This document shows positions 1 to 22,717 of a stretch of 64,000 nucleotides of DNA, piece after piece. Each line of letters opens with the position of its first letter. The stretch's first letter is position 1. Source of the stretch: Paraspadella gotoi (lineage: Eukaryota; Animalia; Chaetognatha); contig CM119263.1 of assembly GCA_051294375.1 (NCBI GenBank), positions 23,710,762 through 23,774,761 of the forward strand, given 5' to 3'. The notes under the pieces were generated by a model that was not told where the DNA came from, did not search any database, and saw only the letters and a list, made by a program, of their open reading frames with translations. A program made the translations under genes and the position numbers.

Positions 1-117
1 AGATAAAATTTTTTTTAAAAAAGTTTTTAAATCATTTTTTATTCATTAACATGCATTTAGATGTAAATTTAATTTTCTAATCAAAAGAGGTAGTCCATGT
101 AATTGATAGGTTGCCGA

Positions 118-2533
118 TTAAGTCCGGCCTGAACATACATTGGCTTGTAAATCTTTTTGCGCACATAAAATATCTGGTCTTAAACATGCGACAATGTATC
201 GGTAAACCCTTTCATCTTGTTTTTCAACGCAATCGCAGTGACGTATACAGTTGCATTCAATTCTTTTGCCAGCGTCCACAATTTCTTTAATATTAGAGCA
301 ATCTGGCTTGAGAGCATTGTAGAACAGTGTAGTTTGCAACGTGTCTGCCACCTGGTCAGCCGGTATTCTTTAAAAATTTATCTCTTTTAAGCTTTGGCGA
401 TTATTTTTCGGTACCTTATTTATATCTTGAACGTAGTAGGTAGGGTGATCCTGTTTTCTTCTTGCTGGCTCAAGTGGATAGTATTGGTAGCAGCTACGTC
501 CAGGAAACATTTGGCCAACAAGGTGCATTATTTGAAGATTACTGAAATGTTTACCCTTTGGGGTAATTTCACTGACGATCGTTTCAATAGTTGAATTAAT
601 CTTAACCTAATTAAAATTAAGCATGTTCAAACTATATTCTTTATATTATTTATAACACATTTACCTACCTTTGTGACCACCTCATTTGTTATCCAAATCA
701 TATCTGGAAGCTCTTCAACGCTAAATTTACCAAAAAGATCTTCTAGTGCGTTATTAATTCTAGGATATAACTCCCCTACCATAAATGTGCGAATGTTATC
801 AGTTTGACCTGATTCAAAAATGTAATTATGAAAGAAAATTTTCTAAAAAAATATGTTAATTTTAAAAATTACCATCAATAAGCGCAGCGTTGTTTGTTGA
901 AAACTGTCTGTTGGACGAAAAAGCAAGATTACCGTTATCTATTCCGCCATATAGTTTTGGAAGTACTTCTCTCAATCTTTGCGTTACGCCCTAAAGTTTA
1001 AAACGATTTCTTTTTTTAGGAGATATTCTTTTTGAAGTAAATTACTTCTTATAAAACTTACATTTACGTTATCAAGGGTAGCTATTCCATTATCGATTAG
1101 TTTATTCCATGAAGACTCTAATGATTTACATTCATCATCGATTCTTCCATTGACTTTATTAACATCTATTATTGCTTTGTTCAATTCATTCTTCGCGTGT
1201 TTGAGTTGGTCACGATAATTCTTTTGTTGGCTAATGCTTTCGGCGAGAGCAATTCCAATTGATATGACTTCAAGAATAATTGTAACAGGATTTGGTGGTA
1301 CGATTGCAATGATTGCTATTTCCACAGTGGCTATGACACCTAGAGAAAACCATTTTGTTGAAGAGTTTGCACTTTTTGACTTTCAAAAGCTTTCTACCTC
1401 TGATTGCCATTTCCATCCTTTTCATTTTAGCTGTTCTTTCAATCAGATCGTCTTTTGCCTTAACGATGAAACCAATCATTAAATAATTTTAAAATTTAAA
1501 AAGTTTACCTTGAAATTTTTTTTTATTTGTGCCTTAATATCAGTTCTTCCAACTCTTTCCACTCTGGCTCTCCCAAATATTAGTTAAAATATATTTATTT
1601 TGAGTTGGTGCGCCTTCATGTTTAGTTATAAAAGTTAATAAAAATAAAAATAAACCTGCGCCATATGTTCTTTCCATTTCGGGTTGTACTGGTCGTATTC
1701 CATCATTTCAAGTATATGGATCATCTCATAAGCCTCGTTAGTAACCTACATTAAACTATACCAATTTTTATATAATAATAAACAAATATTTATAATGAAG
1801 TATTACCTTGACAAACAGATCCGATATATATTTTAGATTATTTTGTATTTCAATGGACAAAGTTCCCATCTGTTTGCATAAAGCTTGTCGACGTTGACCA
1901 TAGTTAACTTTGTCTCTATACGTAATGAAACCATAGCAATCGTTATGCATATATTTTCCCTTGCTTTAAAAAATTGACATTACCTCAAAATATATTGAAG
2001 GCGTCTTACTTCCGGTTCAAGTTTGCAAACATCCGGGTAGAATGGAGCGTTGTTACACTGAGTAATAGCTCTTGCGATACTTTCAATGATGAAGTCCAGA
2101 ACTGGAATTTTTTAATAATTTTTTGTAACTTCTTCATAGAATGAATGAAACATATTTCTATCATACGTACAATATGGTTGAGGCTCTTCATCTATCTGTC
2201 TAAGCGACTTTTCAGCTCTCTCGAACATTGCTTTGGTATCAACTGAAAGTTGCTCCAAAGAACGCACTGTATCGGCAAAATGCACCCTCATACCTAGTAA
2301 AGTAAATTCACATTAATTACTTAAAAGATACATAACTGCATTGTAATACATAATGCTTGTAACGTGCCTTTATTATTATTTTAATCTCTTTACAAATTCT
2401 TTCTCAAAGTTTAATAAAATTACGCTTTGAAAACAGAATTTTAACATTTACATAGCTTACCGTTTTTTGATTCAACTGCAATGGCCGATCTCCCGACGGC
2501 CAACAAAAGAATTGTAATAATTGATAAAGACAT
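118..2533 (-). pseudogene. 10-exon gene for an uncharacterised secreted protein (~594 codons) with three in-frame TAA codons; antisense, upstream of the visible parvin exons
   Basis: Phase-consistent GT-AG exons 2533-2461, 2293-2010, 1959-1807, 1745-1656, 1613-1509, 1458-1398, 1339-1062, 990-873, 808-669, 600-118 (1785 nt). Signal-peptide-like N-terminus MSLSIITILLLAVGRSAIA, hydrophobic hairpin VIATVEIAIIAIVPPNPVTIILEVISIGIALA, Cys-rich C-terminus. In-frame TAA at 2112-2114, 1584-1586 and 370-372; no frameshifts. Confidence 0.7.
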
Positions 2534-3077
2534 CTTTAAAAAATTAAAATTCCTTTATAAGTACATTAAAAAAATTAATAAAGAGATAAAAATTATTAGA
2601 GACTTATCCTGTCGGTCCTTGAAAGAATAATTTTCTTATTTGTTTTCATAACAACAACCGTTTTTTATATATTATATATAAATATATATATAGTGGACAT
2701 GATTAGACTCTTAATTTTGCTATGTATAAAAAAGTTTTTGTAACAAATAAAACTTTGTTTCCTATAAATTTCTTTTAAAAAAAATATCGATATTTCGATA
2801 TCACATAAAAATAAAAATTAAGTGTTTTTTTTTTCATTTGTATTCAATTTTAATTTCACAAACTTTTTAAAAATTCTCTAGCAAGTTTCTGTGACAATTT
2901 TAATTTGCAATTTTTAAAGAACGAAGTACGTAGAAATAAGAGAAAAAACGGGTTGTGGGATTTTCACGGCTGCTTTAAAACAAATTAGAATTATGACTCA
3001 AAAGCTGTACATTTTTATGACTTATTATCTCCTAACGATTGATAAGTGTAGTTAAAACTTTTATATTTTTTTAACAG

Positions 3078-3684
3078 AACGTGACGCTTTTGACACTCTA
3101 TTCGATCATGCTCCTGATAAATTGAGTGTTGTGAAAAAGTCCTTAATCACCTTCGTGAACAAGCATCTTAATAAAATCAATCTTGAGGTTACCGAGCTCG
3201 AATCACAGGTAGGATAAAAATTTTATCTTTATGGGCCACAAATTTTAGAAGCGACAACATTTTATTCTTTTCTGTAGTTTCACGACGGAGTCTACTTTTC
3301 CCTGCTGATGGGATTGCTCGAAGGGTATTTCGTGCCTTTATACTCATTCCATTTAACTCCAAGTACATTTGATCAAAAGGTTAGTTAAAGTTGTTTTGTC
3401 AAGTAAAAATGTAATAGAAAATTGTTCATTTTTTTTTAGACGCATAATGTCAGTTTTGCATTTACGCTAATGCAAGATGCCGGCCTTCCAAAACCAAAAG
3501 CAAGACCCGAAGGTGAATTAGAGTAATACTAATAGTAAAATTAACAATATAACTTATGTATAATTTCAATTATGAATTTCTACAAATAACTTAATAATTA
3601 ATTTCAGACGTGGTTAATATGGATTTGAAGTCAACTTTGCGAGTGCTTTACAATCTTTTCACAAAATATAAACACCTCAACTAA
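3078..3684 (+). CDS. PARV: Parvin, last four coding exons (C-terminal CH2 domain); 5' part outside window
   Basis: Exons 3078-3208, 3278-3379, 3440-3512, 3608-3684 translate to RDAFDTLFDHAPDKLSVVKKSLITFVNKHLNKINLEVTELESQFHDGVYFSLLMGLLEGYFVPL...DLKSTLRVLYNLFTKYKHLN*, the recognisable alpha/beta-parvin C-terminus. Confidence 0.96.
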
Positions 3685-3911
3685 AATACTCGATGCTTAG
3701 GGCAAGTGCAATTGGCTATCAACCACGTGTCTTCCCGTATTCCACATTATTTGGAAGTTTTCTTGCGTGTTTTAATATATGAACATGTTTAAAGTTTATT
3801 GATTGAAATAATAATTGAAGGAATCACATAAACAGTCAAAGCGGCCAGCCAGTTAAACATCAATTCTATTCGATATTTATAAATAAATTAAGAGATTAAG
3901 TCGTGTAATAT

Positions 3912-4165
3912 GGTGGTCTTTTCATACAAATGAAATATTCTTTGAAACGTTTTGCCACTTCATTGATAGGGAAGCCAGGTAATCTGGGAGTGAATAGGCG
4001 AGACTGTGAGAGTCTTGATTGAAAGCTTGAAGGGACCTGCTATGTCATTGTTTTGTAGGAGTGATGGAGGCCTTAAACCACCAAAGCCTCTCCAAAGTCA
4101 AGGGCTAAATAGCTTATTTATTAAATGAATGGATAATTTTTATATTGGTTGTACCAATTTCATAA
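3912..4165 (+). repeat. Dispersed ~250-bp repeat, near-complete copy 1
   Basis: gtggtcttttcataca...cacttcattgatagggaagccagg...gtcttgattgaaagcttg...atggataatttttatattggttgtaccaatttcata recurs at ~38008-38265, with fragments at ~37850-37935, ~48430-48485 and ~48878-49050, and inverted at ~15159-15205 and ~18338-18357. Confidence 0.85.
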
Positions 4166-5214
4166 TTAAGTTGATTGTGGAATAGTGTATGTTGAAAACA
4201 AAGGGAGTATTATTGTTTTGAGTTTTTGCAACTGTCGTATTTAAGATAGGTTTTCTAAGAAACTAAATTGTTTAGTTTGATTATTATATATCATTTCTAG
4301 CTAGTAAATTTATTGCCTTTTCTAAATAAATCGATGGCCTATAGTTCTCCTTTCCCTTTTTTTAAGATTTTATTTGAACTGCCATTCAATTGCCGCTTCG
4401 AAAGCTGATTGGCTGCTTGAAATGACGTTTGTTTCTCGTCATTCATCCTCCCATCCAACAGACTGCGCCGAACTGTTGCGCAGTTCATCTAAACTTGCTC
4501 AGGCATTCTTTGTTCATTCCTCTCATACCAGGAGCCTTCACTTCTTATTTCCCTAACCCAAACGTTTTTGAATAATAAATGATTGCAACTGTTTCACCAA
4601 GTGCCTAATTCAATAAGAAGGTTCGTATAAATTCAGGGTTAACTTCATTTATCCTGGGCGGAGACGATTATAGTTTCCTTATCTGTAATATGGACGACAT
4701 CTTTGGTTCCTAAGAATTGTTTTCTTTTTTGCACCAACTGTAAATATTTTTGTAATATTGGTAACCTTGTTAAAGTGAACTGCTCTGTCTTTGACAAACA
4801 ATTATGTTAAATCGAAAGAAAAATTTAAGAAATACAAAGTGAATTAAGTTCCGGAAGGTTCTTAGAGAATTCTGCTTGATTGGCACCGCTTGGAAAAGTT
4901 TCTGCTGTGTTACTCATATTGTTGCGCACGTTTATTTTTTAGCTTAATTTAAAAAAAAAAGAAAAAAAGAATGGATAATACTATTGGTTTTAAAAAAAAT
5001 TTTGTAAAGCTGGGGCCCATTCGCGAAAACAAATAAGTATATTAATGAATTGATTGATTGATTGAAAGAAATTTTTGAATCTTTCATTCGTTATTTCTTT
5101 CTTTATTTCTTTTTTTTCAATTTTCCTTCCACTTAGGGTTCGATTTTAAATGAATACAAATTGATTGGTTGATTGATTGATCTTTTGCCATCTTCCGTCT
5201 CACTCGTTTGTCAA

Positions 5215-5345
5215 TCTCGCGTTTTTCGCGTCGCGGCTCGTGGCGTCCGCGCGTGACTCGTCGCGTTGATTAACGCTCCTTCGTGCACTTCGATTGTGTT
5301 ACGCGATTTCCTCGCGTCAAAAGTGATCGATTATTTCTCGCCTCA
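5215..5345. promoter_or_regulatory. CpG-rich island, probable TEAD promoter/5' region
   Basis: Dense CG/CGCG stretch in an AT-rich background ~300-450 bp upstream of the TEAD ATG; splice acceptor at ~5493 suggests a 5'UTR intron. Confidence 0.4.
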
Positions 5346-5655
5346 TGTCCTACGCTAGTCATTTAGTGGCAGAAGTCAAATACGCGTTCAAGAAAATATA
5401 TTTTTATTAGTTGTTAGTAAATTGGGGAATCTAGTTAGTTCAAAATCTAAAGTACGTATTTTGTCATCATCAATGTCCCTTTTTCTCATTCAGGTCCCCA
5501 ACGTCGTCCGCATTCAACTTTCCCGCGAAGTCTACTTTCGTAGTAACTGCTTCAGTGTTAGACGATGATTACTCAACAAGAAACAAAATGAAGCAGAAAA
5601 TTGCCAAATACTCATCGTAATTTTGTGCACGCTTTAAGTAGTAAAACGTTCAATC

Positions 5656-16550
<10,895 letters not shown>

Positions 16551-18809
16551 TGTAAACTGTTGATGAAAACAGTTGCTTTCAGTCTTGCTGCCAATCATGT
16601 CAACACCACGTCAGAACAATCCTTTTTGCCTTTTTTGTCACAAGCAATCTGTACTTTCTACTTTGAACTTATTAACATTTTTTTCTGCATCAGAAAAGCA
16701 TCAATCATGATGTGCCGTGTGCGTTACAGACATTCCTTTAGTATGATGGTGGATTGATTTTGTTTGAGTTCTAGTCAATATAGTAAGTACATTTGTTTAG
16801 ACTCAACTTCAAAATCGACACATTGGATCAAAACTAAATATCAAGATTATCGGTTTCAAAAAATATTTTTTTCCCTTTTGTGGGTGCTTCATGATTGTTT
16901 TTTTTTTAAGATTTGTTTCTATGGTATGGTGTTTAAATGCCCAAAATATTTATTTTTGTGTTAATCGACGACTGAATAATTGCATATTTATCGTTAATTT
17001 TTTGGCTACAGTTTACTTAAAATATACTAGTGACTTGATTTAAAAATTAACGGTTTAGTATTGATTAAAACTTTACTCTAGTTTATAACGTATGCTAACC
17101 TGTCAAAAGTCTGTTCTCTGTTTTCTTTTGCTACTAATTTTGGGTTGTAAACCATCGAAGAGCCCTCATTTATTTTCCTAAAGTGCTTCCATTGTTATAT
17201 GACCATATCATCCAGTTTAAAACGTCTTAATAGGAAAAACTTAACAAAAAAAAACTCTCGAAATTTAATTCGTCTATTTTCACAGAATTAAGTTTGCGGA
17301 CCAAAAAATGATTTTTTTTTGTGAAATATACAAACGTGCCTAATCTTTTTACCATCCAAATATGGAATGTTTTGGGAAAGCTTTTGCTACTGAAAAGATC
17401 TACTTTTGCACTGGTTGTATCATTGTCCTCCGCCCTTTACTCATTGTCTGTTCAGGAATGTGATGACGTAGACGTAGATTGCTTCAAATTTTTTTTTAGA
17501 AACTAGGGATTTACTTATTTTTAAAATTGTGCTTTCTTTGGCATTTAGCTGTAGTGCTATTGTCTTTACCTCTCCAATTTTGTCAAAATCTCATGTTTAA
17601 GCGTGGAAGTTGCCCATTGAACACAATTGTACTGACTTCTTCCATCTTTTAAATATCGCACAATCCCCCAGAAAAAAAGCTGACCAAGTCTTCTCATTGT
17701 GTGTCATAATCGTTGTTATTTGTTTTAAATTGTTACTAGGAATCTGTAATCAAATTTTTTTTATAGCAATTTAGGAAAAATTATTCTTATTTTTTGACAC
17801 TACATGATATTGGAAACTTGGCCGAGCCGTTATCGCCCGCTTATCCTTATCACAAAAGTTTATTTTTTCTTAATTTTCGACAAAAAAAAATTAAAATTTC
17901 GATATAACGGCGTTTAGGGAATCGTTAATACTCATATTTAAAAAAATAATTTGTTAGTTATAAACCAATAAAAAGTGCATTTGAGTCCACGCAGTTAACT
18001 ATGTAATATTATAAACTTAAGCGTCAATCGTTTGCACATGATTTAGAAAGAGAACCAGAAGCGCCTAATATACTGTTGGCTGTATTTAAATGATCCAGTG
18101 ATATTAACTTTGATCGGCTTTCTTCAGTTTCAGCATCCACCTTGAAATGTTTGTTGTGCAGCCTTTGAAGACGTAGTTTATCGAGACTCGACCTCAGTTT
18201 GCCATCTGGCATCGAATTTATCTAAGTCATATCATGTGCTTATAACTTTTTCCAAATTCAATTATTTAAACATAGCGCCTTACTAATTGCCTTACCAAAA
18301 GAACACTTTTTGTTAAAAACGTACTTTGAGTGATTTAATGAAATTGGTACAACCAATTGAGTGATTTAGTGTTAGAGAAAAAAGAGTGCTAAAACCCCAC
18401 AATGGTTGCTGTGTGGTATTGAAAAAATAAACCTTTTTAAAAAATCAAAATTGTAAGTATATATATTTGAGGTATAAAATTGTCACCGCGTTATATACAC
18501 GTTGTTGTAAATGAGGACTCGGTCATAAAATTAATAAAAACTATACACTTTACATTTATAATATTCGAGTTGTCTCTTCTAGGAGATATCAATAAAATTG
18601 CTTCTTTGTACTGAAAATGCGTTCTTACTTCAGACGGAATTTTATCCGAAAATAGTTTAGGAACCTTTATATAAAATTATGTTTTTTAGGGAAAAATGTC
18701 TAGTTTTATTTTCTCGAATTCCTGCCGCAAAGAAGTCAATCATTTTAATGAAGGATAGATAATTTCTTTTTTCCCCAATTCTACTACCCGAAAAGCAAAA
18801 CTTGGGTGT

Positions 18810-20811
18810 TCAAGACAGCAATTTCTTGGTAATGTGCAACCTCGCCGCCAGATTTCCGTCGCGCAAAGTGGCGGCCTCGAACTGACTCTTATTCTTGTTG
18901 CTATTGGTGTTCTTCAACACTCTGGGTTCGAGAGAGGGCGTGCCCGTCGTTGACTCAGTCTCGTCGCTTGAAACCTTAGATTCCACGACCGTTTCTCTCT
19001 CGGCCTCGCGTTTTCTGTGCAGAGGGAAAATGATAGGCTAATAACAGTATTATTTGGGTTCTAAGTGGAGAAAAATAAATTGCACTTACTTCGGGGCGTG
19101 CCTGATATGCTTCACATCGTCGTTGTACTGCAACTCGCGAATCAACTCCTTTTTCTGCTTTTCCAGATTTAGCTTATGAATGTGAAGGGCTCGCGTGGCT
19201 TCGATCAGCTCTAGCAGTTGCTGTATAGTTGAAGATGAAAAAAGTCATAGTTAATAGTTTTATAGCTTTATTTCACAAATAAAAACGATTGAAAATGTAT
19301 TTTTTAATTTTTTTTATCTCGCCAGCGAAGAGACTTGTTATTTTTATGGGAAAGTTTGACAAACGTTTCTCAGTTTTTCGAACTGTCGGAAATTTTCTTT
19401 GTGTTTTGTTAGTTTAATTTTGATTGTTGTTTTTGTTTTCCTGACCTGTCTCATTTCCCTATTATCCTTCTTGCTGTTCTCCGAATGTTTGTTGAGACAG
19501 TCCGTCGCTTCTTTTTTTGCTTGTTTGGAGAGGACGGCAATGGTCTCTTCCGATTCCTGGTAACAGACGGCGTCAAGACTCAAGAGACGGTAATTCCGAA
19601 ATCGCTCATCCGCGATTTTTAATCTCACCTCTTCGAACGCTCTCTTCTCCACCAAAAACTGCGCCTTCAGTTGTTGAATTGCCTCGGAATGTTCTACTTG
19701 CATTCTCGCCACTTGGGCTTGTAGCTCTATAAAAAAATATTAACAGATTCCTGAAAATGGAATAATTCGTATGAAACCCTCGCCAAATCGACGAGACCTT
19801 GGATGCGTTCGGTCTGCTTCTGCTGCAAATCCCTGTACTCGTCCAGATTGTTGAGCTCCAACTGTGTCGACGCCAACAGATTCTCTTTCATCAAAATTTT
19901 GTCACGAAGTTCGTCCTTCTGCTTTTCGAATTCTTCCTGCAGTTGGCGATCTTCCTCCTGGGGGAAAAAAGAATCGGTTGAATTATATGACACAGGATAA
20001 CTGAAATCGCCATCGTTGAGAGTAGTTGTCGTCGTCATACAACAAACTTACAAAGTTGGTAAAACTCTTCGTTACAAATGTCGTCCAGGTGTCACAAGGT
20101 CGCTTTTTTCTTTCTTCTATTTATTTCTTTTTCTGTTTTTCTTTTCCTTTTTCTTTTCTTTAATACAAACTTTGATTTTCTCGATTTCTTTGTGGTTTTC
20201 GTCGTTAATGCTGACGATGATGTCGTGTCTCTTGCTCGTCTTCTTCTCCATATAGGCCAAGTACTCTTGCGTCTCGTTGCGAATGTTCGCCGCCTCTTCC
20301 TGTTTGGCGCCGAAAATTATCCATAGGTCCCTTACATTGGTCATTTGTCAAATAGCAGAAAAGACTGCGATTCTAATGAGGACACAAAACTACACACCGT
20401 CAGACGAACGTATTCCTTCCGCGCTTTCTCCACGTTGTCTCTCGCATCTTGCAGCGTCTTCCATGCGATGTCGTATTGTTCTCTGATATTAGCGAACGAA
20501 TTGGTAAGTCATTGTCTTCGTCTTCGTCTTAGACATTGTGACGACCAAGCTGTCTAGCTTTGACCCGCTCCCTGGCTGACTCTTCTACTCACTCCCAGGT
20601 CAACTGGTTGCTCGTTCTAGGCGGACCCGCCGCGGCGGCCTTCTTTTTCTTTTTCCCGCTCACGTTCCATCCAAAGGCATCGCTTCGTGGAGAAGGTGAG
20701 GGACATTTTATCAGTTTCGTTGGTTTTATTACTACATTTTAGGAAACTGATTAACCTCAATGCGGTCTCCCTCTCGCTCGCCCCCTCGTTCGGGTCCCAA
20801 TCCGATTCCAT
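18810..20811 (-). CDS. CCDC166: Coiled-coil protein, CCDC166-like (DUF4515 family), multi-exon
   Basis: Spliced translation ...EQYDIAWKTLQDARDNVEKARKEYVRLT-EEAANIRNETQEYLAYMEKKTSKRHDIIVSINDENHKEIEKIK-EEDRQLQEEF...EHSEAIQQLKAQFLVEKRAFEE-...KDNREMRQ-QLLELIEATRALH matches the CCDC166 pattern as I recall it. Stop TGA at 18810-18812. The 5' exon structure is less certain. Confidence 0.75.
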
Positions 20812-21185
20812 GATGATTGATGACCTGGCACATAAAAAAGTGAATCCGCTGAATAATGAATAAATTCATTTTCTATCTCATTAATAACTTACTTTCTAAT
20901 ACGGATGATAATTGAACGATTTATCCATTGCTCCGACGATTTCTAAAAAGTCTATTCTTGAATTCGAACCTAAGAAGCTTTGATAAGCAAATTCAGTTAA
21001 ATTTAAAAGAAATCTGAAATGATTGAAATAACTATTAGCGACCTAAAATGGCAAAATATGGTCATATTTGACGTTCGAGGATTTTTTGACAAGCAATCCG
21101 AAGCATCAGATGCATCATATTCATCCTTATGCATCATCCCAAAAATTAAGCATTTTTTAACGTTTTTTTGTCCACCAATTGAATG

Positions 21186-22517
21186 TCAACCAGACCCGTT
21201 TATTTTGAGGTAAGGCACGAGTTCCCCTCCCTCCACTCGTTCCTGCGTCTTGTATAAGTAACTCTGCGGTCCATAACGAGGGAACCAATAATATTCAGTC
21301 TGAATTCCATGCGAGAGTTGCGCCAGAATGGTGACGCCGTCGACGACGTAAGGCTGAACGTCCGTGTTTTCCGGAAGAAGACGTCCCGAGTCGACGAGGC
21401 CCTTGAAGGCATCGGCGGCGACGGTGACCAGATCGTTTCCCCACACGTAGAGGTTAGTGAGGTTGGCGTTGTGGACGAGGGAGCTGGCGATGGCGCAGAG
21501 GCCAACTCCGCCGATCTTGTTGTAGGTGACGACGAGATTCGTCAGGCGCGTGTTGACGGCCAGCGCGTTGGCCAAGTGCAGGGCCCCGTCGTCCTCCAGC
21601 CTATTCCCAGCCAGGTTAAGCAGCTGCAGCGGAGTGTTGCGACGCAGCAGCTGCGAGAGTTGGTAAGTGCCGTCGCGAGTGATGCGGTTCTGACCGAGAT
21701 CAAGGTAAGTCAACGTCTCGTTGTGGACGAGCTTCTCGGCGAGTCGAGTGGCGCCAAAGTCGCAGACGTTGTGCTTCTGCAGGTGGATCTCTTTGAGGCC
21801 ACGATTGACTTTCAACATGTTGGCCAGATGCACCGTGGTCTCCTCCTCCTTGGAGAAGAGCAACGGGTTGTTGATGTTGAGCGCGAGAAGTGAATCGTTG
21901 TGGTTGAGGACGGTAGCGAGGGCGATGACGCTTTCCGTCCTCTGATCCGTGTCGCCGAGATCGAGAGATACCAGCGACTCATTGATCTGCAGCGCCTGCG
22001 CGAACGACATCCCTCCCGCGTTGCCGATCTTGTTCCCGTTGATGCGGAGGCGTCGGAGCGATCGATTTTCGAGCAGCGCCGACCCAATAGCCGCTCCACC
22101 GGCCGAGCCTACGTCATTGCAGGAAAGCGTCAGCTCCTCCAGCGCTGTGTCGGGAAGGCGGAGAAAGTCGGCAAGTCTTGCGGCGCCGGCGTCGGTAAGT
22201 CGGTTGTAGCGAAGGTCGAGACGCACCACGGCCGGATTCCGCTCCAAAGTCCGGCAGAGAGGATCAACGTCCACGTCCTCCACGCGCGTCTCCGTCGAAC
22301 AAGTGAGATGATCGTTGCCGCCGAGATCAAGGACGGCACGACGTCGCCGCTCCTCTGGAAGCGGATCCAGGTAGGCTTCTGTCGAGCCTTCCCGGGCCGC
22401 CTCGCGTTCCAACACTTTCAGGATGCGCTCGTTCTCGTCCGCGCCCAATTCCGCGCTGATTTTGATGTAGTCCGAAAGGACTTTGCCGAAAACGGCTTCG
22501 TCAAGCTCCTCTTCCAT
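21186..22517 (-). CDS. LRRC34: Leucine-rich repeat protein LRRC34-like (443 aa, single-exon CDS)
   Basis: Uninterrupted ORF of ribonuclease-inhibitor-type LRRs (LDLRYNRLTDAGA, LRINGNKIGNAGG, LDLGDTDQRTESVIALATVL, EETTVHLANMLKVN) with the LRRC34-like tail TDVQPYVVDG...LSHGIQTEYYW. Confidence 0.88.
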   Translation of the reverse strand: MEEELDEAVFGKVLSDYIKISAELGADENERILKVLEREAAREGSTEAYLDPLPEERRRRAVLDLGGNDHLTCSTETRVEDVDVDPLCRTLERNPAVVRLDLRYNRLTDAGAARLADFLRLPDTALEELTLSCNDVGSAGGAAIGSALLENRSLRRLRINGNKIGNAGGMSFAQALQINESLVSLDLGDTDQRTESVIALATVLNHNDSLLALNINNPLLFSKEEETTVHLANMLKVNRGLKEIHLQKHNVCDFGATRLAEKLVHNETLTYLDLGQNRITRDGTYQLSQLLRRNTPLQLLNLAGNRLEDDGALHLANALAVNTRLTNLVVTYNKIGGVGLCAIASSLVHNANLTNLYVWGNDLVTVAADAFKGLVDSGRLLPENTDVQPYVVDGVTILAQLSHGIQTEYYWFPRYGPQSYLYKTQERVEGGELVPYLKINGSG

Positions 22518-22704
22518 AGGTCTTTCTCACGAGAGATGGATTGATATCCCTTTTTATTATCAATGCAACGTTTTCTACCGAAATGTTTATTTCATATAGA
22601 TTCCCCCTTAGGTTTTGCAACACGAAAGGCATCAAAAATATATTTTTTTTATGAATGAGTAAAGATCCAAAACCTCTCGAAACTTTCCTCTAACTGATTT
22701 ACTT

Positions 22705-22717
22705 GTTCCTTCGCAAC
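22705..22717. promoter_or_regulatory. Candidate RFX X-box upstream of LRRC34
   Basis: GTTCCTTCGCAAC, an imperfect GTT...GCAAC palindrome ~190 bp upstream of the LRRC34 ATG. Confidence 0.4.

Noticed and set aside
118-2533. Genome-wide TAA reassignment to explain the in-frame stops
   Set aside because: Parvin ends in TAA at its conserved C-terminus and the THAP gene also ends in TAA; no conserved gene in the window has an internal TAA.
3912-4165. Dispersed repeat as a hammerhead ribozyme or tRNA-derived SINE
   Set aside because: I found no intact CUGAnGA...GAAA core or A/B boxes on either strand by eye.
21200-22544. Long antisense and alternate-frame ORFs over LRRC34 (also over RSPH1, Vg and the THAP last exon)
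   Set aside because: Shadow ORFs are expected from GC-rich codon usage, and they show no recognisable motifs.
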